The notes under the pieces: model-generated
What the model saw: the letters and a program-made list of their open reading frames with translations, nothing else
The model's database searches: none
Told to the model about the DNA's origin: nothing
Source of the DNA: Mantamonas sphyraenae STR306
Taxonomy: Eukaryota > Protista > CRuMs
NCBI GenBank assembly: GCA_026936335.1
Contig: JAPMXV010000069.1
Coordinates: 186,001 to 250,000, forward strand
Direction: 5' to 3'
Length of the DNA stretch: 64,000 bases
Shown here: positions 42,001 to 55,787 of the stretch, in pieces
Position numbering within the stretch: position 1 is the first letter of the stretch
Layout of the letters: each line of letters opens with the position of its first letter
Position numbers and translations under genes: made by a program

Positions 42001-45000
42001 GTCTTGCAGGACCACTGCATGAACGAGGTTTGTGGCACTTGTCGCTTCTCCCAGTTCTCGCTCCAGTTGGCTGCGTACCCGCGGCAACAGCGTTGCCCTG
42101 GACTCGTCCAAAGGACCGGCGCTTCGAGGGAGGGTGAGAAAGGAGACGACCGACGCAAGCTTGACGGCCAGGGTTGCGTCTGTTTCCTCGGGAAACCAGG
42201 CCATATCGTGGTCGTCGTCAGCGTGCGTCATCGCAGCCTGCTCGAGGAGCTGAATGCACGCGCCAAATCCCTCTGCGTCGGCCATGGCGTTGACCTCGAG
42301 GCGGGCGTCGGTTGTGGATATGGGCCACACCAACGTTTCGGTCCATGGGAGACGCACGCCCATGTGCTGTGCAGAGCGCACCCATTCGCGCAAGGCATGC
42401 ACGCCCATGTTGCGATGTCGTTTGAGGTTCTTGAGGAGCAGGAGCGCCGCGCACCAGTCCATGGTGCTGCGCATCGCCTCTTCGTCGTCACTGGTCAGCA
42501 CAAACACGTTTGCCAGGTCGTGCAGCGGCATGTCGGCAAAGGATTCGGAGGTGCTGAGCTCGTAGATCTGAGCCCGAGCGCAGGCCACATCCGAAGCCAT
42601 GAACAGCAGGTTTTCGGGCTCAAGAGAGCCCGTGTCGCGCAGATCTTGCATGACCTCTGCCAAAATGGAGCAGGGATGGGATTCGTGTGCTTCGTGCGTG
42701 TCCTCGTCGTCGGACGAGAGGGGCTCGTCGCCGTCCAGCAAGGGTACGTCGACGACCTCCACCTCGTCAGAAGAGTCTTCTTGGGTGTCTTGGGTTTCCC
42801 CAGCGTGTTGCAGGGCGTCCACTTCGTGGATGTCAACCAGGAGGACGACAAGATCGGCGAGCTGGTGGGGCTGCAGGCGGCGAAGCTCGGCTTCAAGCAC
42901 GGCATCGCCGTCCTCAAATTCGTTCACGGTCTCCTGCACAAACGCATACATGTGATTCAGAGTCCTGCGATAGGCCACGATGCGTCCGAGCTGTTCCGCA
43001 CGTTTGCTCAGCATGGCCAAGTTGACAAACTGGCTGCAGGCGAGCTCAAGCTCCGGTGTGTCCTCCTTCCATGCCCACTTGAGGTGGCCAATCACCTCGA
43101 GGCGAAAGGCCATGGATGCACTTGCGTGGTCTTGTCCGAGGAGCTCGTGCAGGCGCTCGACGAGCTCAAACTCGGGCTGGCCAACCTGGAAGGGATCGCC
43201 GTCTGCGTACCGGTGGACGTACTGAAGGAGCTCATCCAATACCCGGGTCCTTGTGTGTGCATCCACGATTCCGAGGACGTGCACAATCACGTCACTGCAA
43301 ACCCAGAGCGGAAGAACGACGTGGAAGCGCGCGCATCTCTGGTGGCCGACGACATTGTCGCAGATTTCCAGGCACGTGCGCATGTCACCCATCCACTTGC
43401 TCTCTTGGGTGGTGCCTTGGGCAAGCAGCATGCCCATTTGGATGCACAATTGCAGCGAAAACACGTCCACGTCCTCTTTGGCCGCCTGACACAGTGACTC
43501 CATGACGCGTGGGTTTTCTGCGATGGGCGATCCAATCAAGAGGTCCAACAGGGCATCGACGGTTTTTTCGTTGCTCCACAGCAAGTCCAACATGCCGAGG
43601 ACATGAGTCGAAGCGTGGCTGTGATTCCAGAGCGCCAGCATGAGCTCCATGCATGCTTCCAGCACGTGTGTGCCCGTGTAGAGACCGGTGTCATCGGAAC
43701 GCAACCTTTCTTCGCGCTCGTGTGCATGCAGGGCCATGCAATCGCTCCAAAACACGTCTGGGGCGGCGGAGTCGCACTCGGTCCAGGCGTTGAGGTGGTC
43801 CTCGACCTTCAGAACGAGGGTGGACACGGCCTGTCCACCGGCCAGGGCGGGCTGCTTGTGTGTGTGGCATGCCCTCCACAGTGGCATGGAGTGCAAGTGT
43901 TTCAAAAGAGGCAGCACGGCCACAGGCTCGTACTTGGCGTGTCCATCGCGCATCATGCGCTGCAGTTCCTGTGCACAGCTGCTGTGCACAAACTGACGGA
44001 CGGCAGCCTGTCCGCCCACGACGACCTGTTCCAGCCATCCGTTGTGTTCCATGCAAACAAACATTGTGTGCAGGGCCTCCTCCACACGTTCGTCCACATA
44101 GTCCTGCAGGGCCTGCTGTATGGAGCGGGCAGAGACAAGGCGGGCGCGCGAGCACAACACGTGGTTCAACCAACCGGTGCGTGCCTGGCTATGCATGTGC
44201 GCACGCACAATGTCCTCGGCCCAGGAGAGCAGATGCGGGTTGCGCAGCTCGTCGAGGAGCATGCGCGTGCGCGCGGCGATGGAGGGATCCTCGCTGGTGC
44301 GCCGGTATGCGACGGCGGTGAGCGCTCGCGGCACACAGCGTCGCATGGCACCCAGGAACGCATGGGCGTCACCGAGAAACTCGACCTCGGTTTGCGACAC
44401 GGCGGCTGCAAGTTGTGCAAAGGGAGCGTCCTGAACTTCAAACAAGCGGTCGACTGTGACCGCATACCAGCGGGACACGTCGTCGACACACCAGCGCAGG
44501 TTGGAATGAGAGACGCCGTGTCGGCCAAAGTGGTCCTCCCAATCCAGCTGGATGACCATGCACACGTGCTTGCTCTGCGCTGCCTCGGCAGCCAGACTCA
44601 TTCGCCACGCGACTTCGAACCGAGCAAGCTCCGCCAGTTCGGCGTTGAGGCTGTCCACCAAGTGGACGGCGATGAGCATGTGGTTGCACTCGTCTTGGGC
44701 GAAAAAGTCATCGACGCGGGTGCGCAGGTCGCGGCGAGACTCAAACTCGGAGAGGAGCAACACTTGCGTGGGGTAGGCGGGTCCCAGGGTCTGCTGGACA
44801 CGCTCGTCAAACGCATGTGTGACGTCGTCAAAGGTCATGGCCAGGCTGAGCGGGTGCTGGCTGACGATCTCGTCAAACAAGCCGAGGAGGCCGTGGTGGC
44901 AACTCTGGGCGTTGTACAGTTCTCGCATCTCCTCGATTTCCTCCGCGGTTGCCTGGCTGTGTGTGTTGGATGTGATTGCGCGCAGGACGGAATCTTGTGT

Positions 45001-48000
45001 GCAGGTGAGCAGCAGACGACGCTTCATCTCGGTCAGCTGCAGCTCTGTGGGTTGCTGCCGCCAGTGCTCGAGGCTCATCACGTTGTACACGATGGCCTGC
45101 ACGTAGGAACTCCCAGACCACCCAAGGACGGCGTCGCTAGCATCCCAGTCCCTGCCCATGTTGCGACCGGTGGCCACGGACTGGAGGGTGGTGTTGCCCG
45201 GGCGGTGTGTTTTGGACGTCGCTTGGGCGTTGAACACACGCTGGAGCCACGCGCGCAGGGTTTGTTCGTTCTCGCGCATGGCTTTGTCCAGCATGTCTGT
45301 GTAGCGCAGCTGTTGTTTCTCAAACCGGTTGAGGAGCGGAGCTTGTTGGTGCCGTACGTCCTCCCTGTCCATGAGCATCAAGATGCGTGTGTCGTCGTGG
45401 ACGGGCACGTTGCTGTTGGATAGCTTGCCCATGGCGACGCGACACATGTTGCGCTGCTTGATGCGATGGTAGCTCTGGTTGAGGAGATCGTAGAGGGAGC
45501 CGAGGATCTCGTCCGCGTGTCGGATGACAATGGTGCTTCCCTGTTCCACAGCATGGATGATGTCACTGAGCAATTGGTAGTGCTGCCCGGGGCCACGGTC
45601 GCGGCGAAAGAGCGAGCCCCAGACGACGAGGTCGGGGTTGAGCGTTTCGAGCAAACTGAGACCGACGTCACCTTCGGAAATGACCATCATGTGCCTGGGC
45701 ATGCTTTTGTCGTTGAGATTGCTGTGGATCAGCTCCATGGTGTTTGTTTTGACCATTGGCCGGTCAAAGTTGCAGGAGCGCCAAAAGTCGCTGAGAAATC
45801 CGCTGTGCGGGCTTCCACCCAGGTTGCGTGCCACGGCCATGCTCACGACTTGTTCTTTTGTTTTGTGGCTGTCCTGCGTCCAGTCGTGTGCTGCAATATA
45901 CTTGACCATGGCGTAAAAGTCTCGCATGCCGTGAAAGTTTGCGACGCGCTCGTCCACGTGGCCGTGCTGGTCGCGCACGAGCTGGGCGCGGTCGACAAAC
46001 GTATGGCAGAGCTCTCGAAGTACGCTTTCGTGTTCAAGGGTGACGCGGTGATGGTCGTCGGCGCCGATGGCCTGCGAGGGGCCGGGGGTGTTTTCAAAGA
46101 TGACGATGGCGGTGTTGAGGAGGTCGTCCACGGTTGGGTCCGGGCGTGAGACGTGGATGCCCCTGTTCATCTTGCTCATGTCGAGGGACCAGTTGCTGAG
46201 GCCGACAAAAGCGACTTGAAGTTCGCCTTCGGGGGGCTCCAGGAGCGGGTGCAACACCTTGAGCGGGTTGCCTGGGGCGACTTCGGCGAGGCCGATCTCG
46301 TCGATCATCACGCAGGGCAGAATGTTCCTCTCGTCGCGCATGAGCGACTGCTCTTCATCCTTGGTGTCCCTGTGTTTGAGGCGCTTGAGGGCGTCGTGAA
46401 AGACGTCTTGGATGCCGTCCGAGGTGGAGGACTCTGAACCCTGGTAGGGAACCATGACGATGCTGTCCATGGAGGCGAGAAACGAGTGGGTACTGCCGTG
46501 CTGAGCCATGGAGGACATGTTGTCGTTGACAAGGCGCAGGGCAAGGGTTTTGCTGGTGCCGGGCTTGCCAACGAGAAAGAGCGGGATGCGGTTTTGCATG
46601 CAGACGACCATGACAAACACGTTTTCTTTCAACGCCTGGTTGAGCGCAGTGCCACGAGGTAGGGTTTGGGGAGCGAGGCAGGAGGCGTAAAAGTCGAGCT
46701 CTTTGTGCAGGAACTGAAGCAGTGTGTCAGGGTGGCGTGATTGCAGATGGGCCCACAGGGCCAGCAGTTGACTTCTGAGATCGTCTCGAGGGAGGCGGAA
46801 GTAGTAACAGACTGCCATGGCGAGGATGCGTGCTCTGAGTTGCTTGTCGCTCTCGGAGGAATAGGTGAGTGTTGTTGGATGGCCAGGGAGTGTGAAGCTG
46901 TGGAGAAACCAGCGGTAGAGGCCGACAAAGCGATTGATGTCACGGAGAGAGACGCTGCTGTGGGAAAAGTTGTCGCGAGAAAAGCGGTGTGCGGCCATGA
47001 GCTGGGCAGCCATCGTGTGTCGCTCACGATCGTGCTGGCATGGACAGTGGATGATCATGGAGTAGATGTACTTTTCCGTGTCTGGCTCTGTCAAGGAGCC
47101 AAAGTTCCAGGCGTAGGCCAAGAGGCTCTCGGGGAGTGGTTCGACGCGGTAGTCGAGGCGGAGGGCATCTTGCTGGTCGTCGCGGAGTTGCATGAGGCCC
47201 GCGGTGAGCATTTGCTGTTCCGGGTCGCAGATGCGATACGGGTTGCTTGCGGCCATGGGGATGACGTTTTCGTGCATGGATCGCCCGTGGACTTGGCGGT
47301 TGACAATGATGTCTGCCATGAGGCCACAGGCTGTGCTGGTGTTGAGCTCGTCGAAAAAGGCCCAGACGGTGGCACCGGTGTTGGTGGCCAGGGCCTCGCA
47401 TTGGAGGACAAAGTCGTGCACATGGGAAGGTTCTGTGCCTGCATGCACATTGAGGGTGCGAAATTCAATGCGATGTCGGGGTTGGTCATGTTGGGCGTCG
47501 TCGTCCTGCTCGTCCTCGTCAAGGCCTGGTGTGAATCGAGCCTGGCGCATCATTGCGGCGCGGTGGATGAGAGAGGTTTTGCCGACGCCTGTTTCGCCGA
47601 TGAGGACGATGGGAACGCCTGCGTCGAGGCGCTGTAGGAGGAGGGCCATTTTCAGACAGTTGTCTGCGGTGAGGGCGTAGGTGGCGCCGTTGCGGGAACG
47701 GTGGACGGCTTCGTAGAGGTTGTCGCGAGGTTGCTCATCGGGATGGACGCCAAAGAGATCGAAAAGGCGGTCCCAGAGGGTGCGCTCGTCGAGTTGTTGA
47801 AAGTCGGGCAAGATCTGGCGGGAGTCGTTGGCTCGTTGTTGCGTTTGCATGACAGCGCGGAGGCGAGTGACCCTGGTATCGTTTGGGTTGCGATACATGA
47901 TCTCTGGGGTGGTGTGGTCCATGTGAAAGAGGAGTTGAGTGTGGTCGCGTTCGCCGTCCCATGCCATGACCTGGCGTTGGATTTGTTGGACGTAGGCGTG

Positions 48001-51000
48001 GTCGGCATGGATGGGGCCGACGTTTTGGGTTTGCTCGACGATGATGAGGTCGTTGCCGCAGAACTCTTGGGCACAGTCGATGAGAATCTCGGCAAAAGCT
48101 TGCCGTGGGTTTTCGCGCACGTTCATGTGGCGAACAGAGGCTGGGTGGACAAAGCTGTTGAGGCAGAGGTGGCGCATCTGCTGGCTCAGGATGCTTACAA
48201 AGATGTGGAGCTGGCGGAAGGAGCGTGGCTGGTCGTTGAAAAAGTGGGTGAGGAGGAGCGCCTGCTTGGCTTGGTCGTCCCAGCCGTTGTCCGGGGTCCA
48301 CAGGGTGGGGTCCACATCGAGGTGAGGCTCGTCAAACTGGGGCACGATGTCGTCGAGGAGCATGGAGTGTGTGGTGAGGTGAAGCATCATGCAGAGGCGT
48401 TGGAGGTCTGGAATCTGGTCAAAGTCGACGTGTTGGACAATGGCGTCGGGATGCTGGGGGATGTCGATGCGGTGGGAGGGAAGGTTGCGAAGGAGGGGCA
48501 GAGCTTGCTTGAGATGCTCGGCGGGGGTGTTTGCGATCTCGAAAAAGATGCGTGCAAAGGGGAGTGCACGCACGTGGCCGCACTCGTCGCTGATGCTGTG
48601 GCAGAGGGCCATGCGGAAGCAAAACTGGTCGACAATGTAGGGGGGATCGCAGGAGTCGACATGAACGACGAGGGTGCTTTCGTCGTCGGGGATGAGAGAT
48701 TGGCAGGTGTGAAAGAGGGAGCGATGAGAGACCGGGCCTGAGAAATGGACGCGCTGGAAGGAGCCTGGGATGTTTTGTCGAATGAAAGTGGTCTTTCCGA
48801 CGCCTGAAACGTTGCTTGTGACGACGGTGGCGTGTGCGTCGTCGGGGAGAACATGGGAGGCGACCTGTTGGGCAATGTCGATGTGGACGGTGGGGTGGCG
48901 CTTGACGTCGGTGGCCTTGGTGACGCTCTCGAAAAGGGGCATGCCTTGGGCGAGAGAGGTGCACCAGATGAAGCCGAGACGGACGTGTTGATTGGGAGTG
49001 TGCATGACGAGGTCCATGAGGGTGTTGACGAGGTCTGTGGAGAGGGCCTCGAGGTGGCAGAGGCAGTGGAGGTGGTCGTCGGAGCTCTGGAGGGCATGCC
49101 GGACAAAGTTGACGACTGTTTCGCGCTGGCGGTCGCTGTCGGTGCAGACGAGGAGGTGCCTGGGACGCGGGGCATGTCCGGCGGCGCGGAACATGGTGAG
49201 GGCGGACGGGAGGACGAGGGTTTCGGATGGGACGACAAAGGCCTTTGGGCGTCCCGGGTGGACAAGAAATTCGTTTTTGTGAGGGTGGAGAGGGAGGGTG
49301 TCTGCGGGGAGGTCGCGCAGGAGAAGCATAAAGGCGGCGTGGAGAGAGCGGAGCTGGGCGTCGGGGGTGTCGGCGTGGGAGTCGTAGAGGTCGTAGAGGT
49401 GGCGGAGGGCAACGGCGGGGGATAGCTGGAGGGCATTTGCGTTGATCAAGGCGAGCATGTCGCGGAGGTGGAGAGGATCGAGAGAGGCGTGGGTGAGGGC
49501 GGCACAGGTTTGGAGGAGGGTGCGTGCGGGAAAGAGGTTGAGCTCGTTGAGGCGGTGATCTGTGCGGCAGCGGCGGAGGGTGGTGCGAAGGTGGTTGTCC
49601 TTTGCGTTGAGGTCGTCCTGGAGGTGGGTGAGAGACGGAGAGGGATCGACGTGCCAGTTTGGCTTGAGAAAGTCAGCATGGCCGAGGTTGCATAGGCTGT
49701 GGAGGGTGTCCTGGACGTCTACGAGTTGGTCGACGAGGTGGATGAAGGCTTGGAGGGAGAGGACTTCGTCGTGGGTGAGGGCGAGGGCGTTTTCGAGATC
49801 CTGGGGTTGGTCGGCGTCGGTGGTGGAGGGGGCGGGTTGTGCGATGGCGTCGTGCTGGTTGTTGGTGAGGAGGAGAGCGTACTGCCTGAGGTCGATGAGG
49901 TCCTGAAGCGGGTGCGGGGTGTCGTCGAGGTGGACAGAGATGTGGACGTCGTCAAAGTTGCCGTGGATGTGGACGTTGCCGTGATCGGCGATGTCCATCA
50001 TGCGCTGGCGCTTGACCTCTGATCCATCAACCATGTTGAGGTACATGGCCTTGAGGGCGTGGACGCAATCTGTGCACTCGCGCAGAGCGAGCTGGATCTT
50101 GGCGGAGCCGTTGTCGATGATGACATCGAGGAGGGAAGGCAGGCCGGCGTGGACAAAGTGGTCGCAATCGCGAAAGGAGCGGGGCAGGACGGTGAGGACG
50201 TGTCGGAAGGAGCGCAGAATGACCTGGAGGGCAGTGAGGGTGTTTGTGTTGAGGACGTTGGAGGCCTGGTCCTCCATGGAGCGGACCATGTGGCGGAGGT
50301 CCTCGTCGAGGGTGTCATGGACAAACTGCAAGGTTTCAGCAGACTGGCCAAGCTGGACGACGAGGTTCCAGTGCTGTTGGGTGAGGTCGCGGAGGAGGGG
50401 TGCTTGGGCAAAGTTGTCGCAGAGGCGCTGCAGGTCGGCGTGGTCGGATTGGACGGAAAGGTTGTTGAGGGTGTCGAGGAGGAGGGTTGCGGTGTCGTAG
50501 ACGTCGCCGCGTGGAGGGACGGCAAAGACGCCGTCGGCACGCCAGAGGATGGTGAGGCTTTGAAGCCGTTGCTTGGAGCGATCGAGGGAGGAGAGGGTTT
50601 GGATGAGGGGCAAGTGCGTGTTGTGGAGAGTGTCGACAAGGGGCTCTTCGATGCAGAGGGTGGCTAGGTGTGCACTGGAGTGAGGCGGGGTGTCGGAGGG
50701 AGGAAGGGTCCACTCTGTGTAGGATTCTGGGTCAAGTTGGGGCGGCGGGGCGTCCTGGTCGGCCTGGTCGGTTTGGTCGGCCTGGCGAGAGGCGAGGTAG
50801 CGTTGGATTGCGGGACCAATGTCATCGGTAGGCAACTGGCAGCCTTGCCAGAGCTGGAGCTCGAGGTAGGCGTTGATGGTGCAGCCAGGTGTGCCGTAGG
50901 CAAGCATGCGGGCGGTGACGTGGGCGAGGGCAGGCTGGACGACGAGAAGGGCGACGTGGCGGAGGGAGGTGGTGGAGGGGCCATTTTGGGGGTCGGTCGG

Positions 51001-53355
51001 GACGTGGGCGGCTGCGTAGAGGCGCATGACGTTGACGAGGGGCGGAAAGGTGCGCCAGGGGAGGATGTTGAGGGTGTAGGAGGCGAGCGTGTCCTTGGCG
51101 ACGTCGTTGCCCATGGATTGGATGGTGTGAAGGGTGTGGGTGTCCCAGGCGGCGAGGGAGTCTTTGAGGTCGGAGAGGCGGGCTTGGAGAGGCGGGCAGA
51201 CAACCTGAGCGTCGTGTGAGAGAAAGTGGAGGAGGGAGGTGTAGTCGTTGAGTTGGGTGTTGACATGGGTGGCGTGTTGGAGGATGGTGGCGAGGACGGT
51301 GGGTGTTTGGGAGGAGAAGGGAGGTGGGGAGTAGCGGGGGGATTGGGGAGGGGAGGAGGAGGGGGAGGAGTACGGGGAGGAGGCCGGGGAGGAGGCCGGG
51401 GAGGAGGCCGGGGAGGAGGCCGGGGAGGAGGCCGGGGAGGAGGCCGGGGAGGAGGTGTCGATGCCTGCGAGGCGGGTGATGCGTGTGTGCAGTTGGAGGA
51501 GGTGTTGCATGTTGGCGTCGAGCTCTGTGGCGAGAGCGTGGGTGCAGGTGCGTTGGTCGATGTCCTTGGCAAGGGAGTCGAGGTCGTCAAGGAGTTGGGT
51601 GAGGACGGAGGAGGTGGAGAGGGCAGCGGCAGGGAGGATGGAGTCGAGAAAGTCGAGGAGTTTGGAAAAGTGGAGGGCGCGGCGCCATGGGGCGTCGTGG
51701 CATGCGTCGAGGTCCATGCCGTGGTCGAGAATGTGGGCCATGACGTCAAATTCGTGGGGAGGTAGGGATTGGCGGCCTTGTGCACATGCACGGGCCATGC
51801 CGAGGCGGGTGGGGAGGTCAAAGCGGACTTGATGGGCGAGGCGTTGGCAAAGGACGTCGAGGAAGATGGGGAGGGTGACGGATTCTTGCTCCGAGAGGAT
51901 GAGCTGGGAGAGGGCGGCGAGGTCGCGGACGGAGATGTCCATGAGGAGCTTGCGTGCGTGGTCTTGGAGGATGTCGTTGGCAAAGTGAAGCATGTTGTAG
52001 GTGGTGAGGGTGCGGGTCAGAGAGTGGAGGTCGCGGATGGATTCTTGGGGGCCAGTGGATGGGGGTTGGTAGAGGCGCGCGCGGAGCATGTCGAGCCAGG
52101 CAGCCTGGAGTGGGTCTGAATCGCGGACACGGGCAAGAATGGCGTCGTCAAAGGCGATTTGGGGGAAGAACGGGTGCCATGTGTGTTGGAGGACTTTTTG
52201 CAGGGTGTGTTCGTCGGGAGGGCAGGCGTGAACGAGGTCAAGGAGGGCTTTGATCTCGTCGTGGGAGTCGATGCGAGAGAGGTGGCGGTGATCTGTGAGG
52301 ACAGAGAAGCACAGCTGGGAACAGATGTGTTTTCTGAGGTTGTTGTCGCTCGTGGAAGTGAAGGGGAGCCACTGCGACGGGGAGGTGAGGTGGGAGGTCA
52401 AGGCGGAGCGGAGGTCGCGCAAGGGCATGGAGGCAACGACGGGTTCAAAGCCTTGGAGGGCGACAAAGAGAGTGTCGTCGTCGCGAGAGTCCCACTTGAG
52501 GTGGCAGACGACAAGCTGGGTCTGGCCGGGCGAAGAGAAGGAGCCGAGGCATTTTGTCAGGAGTTGGCTGTGGGAATCTTGTGTCCATGAGCTCGTGTCA
52601 AAGCCAGCAGTTTTGAGGGCAATGAGGTCGTCGATGACGTTTGGGAGGGGGCCGACGCGGACGGCGTCGAGAAATTCGTCGGGGCTGCTGGAGGCGACCG
52701 GGAGGCAACGCAGCCATTGGGTGTTGGCAGCATACTTGACGGTGGTGTAGAGAATGTGGGCGCACTGGAGGACGGCCTCCTTGATGTGCTCGGGGAGGTC
52801 GAGGAGAGGGAGGCGTGCGAGATGGGTGCAGCAATGGACAAAGGTTGGTTGGAGGTCGTTGAGCTCGCCGTGGATGCACGCCATGCGTAGGATGAGGTAG
52901 GCGAGGATGGTTGGTTTGGGTTGTGGGTGGTGGGAGGGGTCCATCGGGACGTCGTCGAGGAGGTTGAGGGCTTTGGGGAGGTTCTTGTTGTCGGAGCGGA
53001 TGTGTGTGCACCAGGCATCGATGGCGTCCCATGCGTGGACGGCGGTGATTGCGTCGAGTGTGTAGAGTAGGAGGTAGGATCGCATGAACATGGAGGCGTG
53101 CATCTTGGCGGGGAGGCCTTTGGTGAGGCGGGTGAAGGATGCGGGGAGGTCAAGGAGGGTCGAGAGGATGTTTTGGGAGACGTTGTAGGTGAGGTGTGGG
53201 ATCGTGGTGATGGTGGTCACTTGGATGAGTTTGGTGGCGGTGAGGGTGCCGTTGGCGAGCGTGACGGTGATGGTGGCATAGAGGTTGCGATGGGAGAGGG
53301 ATGTCGGGAAAGGCGCGGCCCAGTGGCGTTTGGTGATGTGGATCGCCGGGTCGGA

Positions 53356-53388
<33 letters not shown>

Positions 53389-53640
53389 GGAGGAGGGGGA
53401 GGAGGGGGAGAAGGTACGGTGACGGTTTTGGATTTCGCAAAGGAGGGTGAGGAGGGGTTGGGACGGGAAATGGAGGCCGTCCTAGAGGGTGGGTGGGGTG
53501 GGGTGGGGGGGGGGGGGGGTGTTAGGGGGAGGATAAGGGGGGGAGAGGGGGGAGGAATAAGGGGGAGAGGGGGAAGGGGGAAGGGGGGGGAGGGGTGCGT
53601 ACCAGGGGGGGGTGTCGTGCGCGAGCTCGGTCGTGGACAT
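39001..53640 (-). CDS. RNF213/mysterin-like giant dynein-type AAA+ ATPase with RZ-like finger; probable intron 53482-53602, first exon uncertain
   Basis: Open frame 39001-53481. Motifs SGVGKT, VPIVLIGETGVGKT, FFDELNT, IPLFLVGKPGTSKT, IDEIGLAE, LKVLHPLLE, VGLSNWSLDMSKMNRG, LYDLLNQ and LLNRFEKQ. RZ-like YVVGNCG...CPWC...GG at ~41560-41750. Confidence 0.9.
51378..51455 (-). repeat. 12-bp coding minisatellite encoding (SSPA)n
   Basis: About six tandem GGAGGCCGGGGA units on the + strand. Confidence 0.9.
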
Positions 53641-53728
53641 GTTTTTTGGTGGACAGGGTGGCGCGTGGGTTGTGGTTGCCGGGACATTAGCGGGGCATTA
53701 TTAGTACAATATTGCACGGTTCATTTGG

Positions 53729-55787
53729 TCACGGGTTGGGAACAATGCTGATCTTGGACTTGACGCAGCTGACGGCGGGAAACCACGCGTCGTCGTCGAT
53801 GTTGTCGATGGTCAGAACGGGCTGCTTGTTTCGGAAGTACATCAACGTGTGGTTCTCGGCGTCCAGAGTGACCGTGATCGTGTCGCCTTGGTTGAAACGC
53901 GTGTAGTGGCTCGTGGCAGAGCCGTGTCGAAAGGTTCGCGCACCTTTGGCGTGCGTAAACCAGCTGTAGGAACCCTGGACCCCGCCTGTGGTGATAATTT
54001 GTGTTGTGTGTCAGTGTGCGTGCATGGGATGGGGTGGGGGGGGGGGCGATGACGTACCGACGCATGTGTTGGCGAGGTCACAGGAGGCGGTGCAGACGCC
54101 AATCAAGATGCTGGTGTTGACACGATCGATGCGCACGCTCCAGCTCTGCCCAGATCGCAGAGCGTCTTTGCCAATCCAAGTCGTCCATGCATGCTTGGAT
54201 TCCAGACTGCTCTCTGTAAACGTGCCCTTGCTGCAGTCAACCCGATCCCAATCCAGCGTCGGCATGTCGGCCTGGACCTTTCTCTCGACGCTGTGAATCA
54301 AATGCTCCCCCTGAATACGACGGCACATGTCCTCGAGTCCGCTCAACAGCACGGTCTTGTCCACGTGGCGCGTGTCCCACTTGCCATCGACTTTCATCCC
54401 GTACAGCCGTGTCGTGCTCAGCAGGCCAAAGCGCACACAGCCATACACACGCCTCTCCCACCCCTCCTCCTCCCCTGCCCCGTCGTGCTCCTTCACATAC
54501 GCCTCCACCACCTCCAGCACCTTGTCCTCGTGCGCCACGTTCAGGTCGTCCTCGCTCAGGATCTGCTCCACCACCCACACAGGCAGGGCAGACATTCCCA
54601 CCTCACGTGCGTCCATCAAATCGTCCAGTTTGCCTGCCACCCTGCCACACAGCCTCTCCACAACGTCTCCCTCCGCGCCTGTCGCCAGCGCCGCCTTGAG
54701 GAGCCCCATCTCCTCCTCGTGTTCCATCGCGTCAGCCAGCCCCTTCAAGTACACATACTCTTGCCACTCCACCATCTCGTCCACATCCACACTCTCCAGA
54801 TAGGCGCCCACGACGCGCGCTAGCTTCTCTGTCTCCATCGTGGCACCGTGCATCCGGATCGCTTCCTCCACCATCGCTGCAAACTCCCTCCCTCGCATGA
54901 AGCCAAAGTCCACTTTGTCCACTCCCGTGCACACTGCCTCGGCCACCGCATTCCATTCCTTTGCCACGCGAACCACCGCGGCGTGGTACACGTTGGAGTG
55001 CACCACGTCGGCCGACCCTTCTTGCCCCACCGCCTGTCCGCCACGGCACATCCGGACCAGTGTCCCTGCGTCGTGCGCCTCTCGTACCCAGCCCATCACA
55101 TGCTCCGTCAACATCGGCATCAACCAAAACTGAGCCACCGCCAGCAAGCCGTAGCACAGCTCAACATCGGCCACTGGAAGCGCACGCCCGTAGCACCATT
55201 CTACGGCCACTTCCATCGCACGCAGCACACCCACACTCTGCGTCCCACGCGCAACCACAACGCGCGGGAGCCCTGTCGAGTTTCCCCCCTGATCTGCGAG
55301 AATGCGAAAATCGCCCGGGTGTTCGTTCACCCCCATCAGGTACCGCCACCACCCACTGTGCAAGCACAGGAGTGCGGTGTGTGCACGGAGCACAACGTCT
55401 CCGTTTCCGTACGCGCTGCCTTCTGAAAATCGTGTCAGCGGGGCAGAACTTTCGCCAACATGTAGATTTGAGCAATTTTTCGCTCGCTTCCCACTCACCC
55501 GCCCCGTCGAGGCCCTCGAGCACAATCTCGACATCGACACACAGTCCAGTCTGGTACAAATCCGACCACAGCGATGTCACGGCCGGTCGTGCCTGTGGCT
55601 GTGCCTTTTCTTGCAAAGGCGAAAGGGGTCCGTACGCATCCGTCCTGCTCGTCGTGCTGACGTGCAAGTAGTGGTCGGGTGCTTCCGGTGACAAAAAATA
55701 TCCATGGTTGACACCAACGCCACTCTTTCCACTGCTGCTGCTGCTGTGGAAGCCAAAGGTCTTGTTGTTGGCTCGGGCGTCGGCCAT
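53729..55787 (-). CDS. BTB-BACK-SPRY protein (putative Cullin3 adaptor); introns 55423-55498 and 53986-54057
   Basis: BTB (DVEIVL..LRAHTALL) and BACK (ILSEDDLNVAHEDKVLE..CVRFGLL). The SPRY domain is completed by the last exon (FNQGDTITVTLD..WFPAVS). Both phase-1 GT-AG introns restore the frame. Confidence 0.85.
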
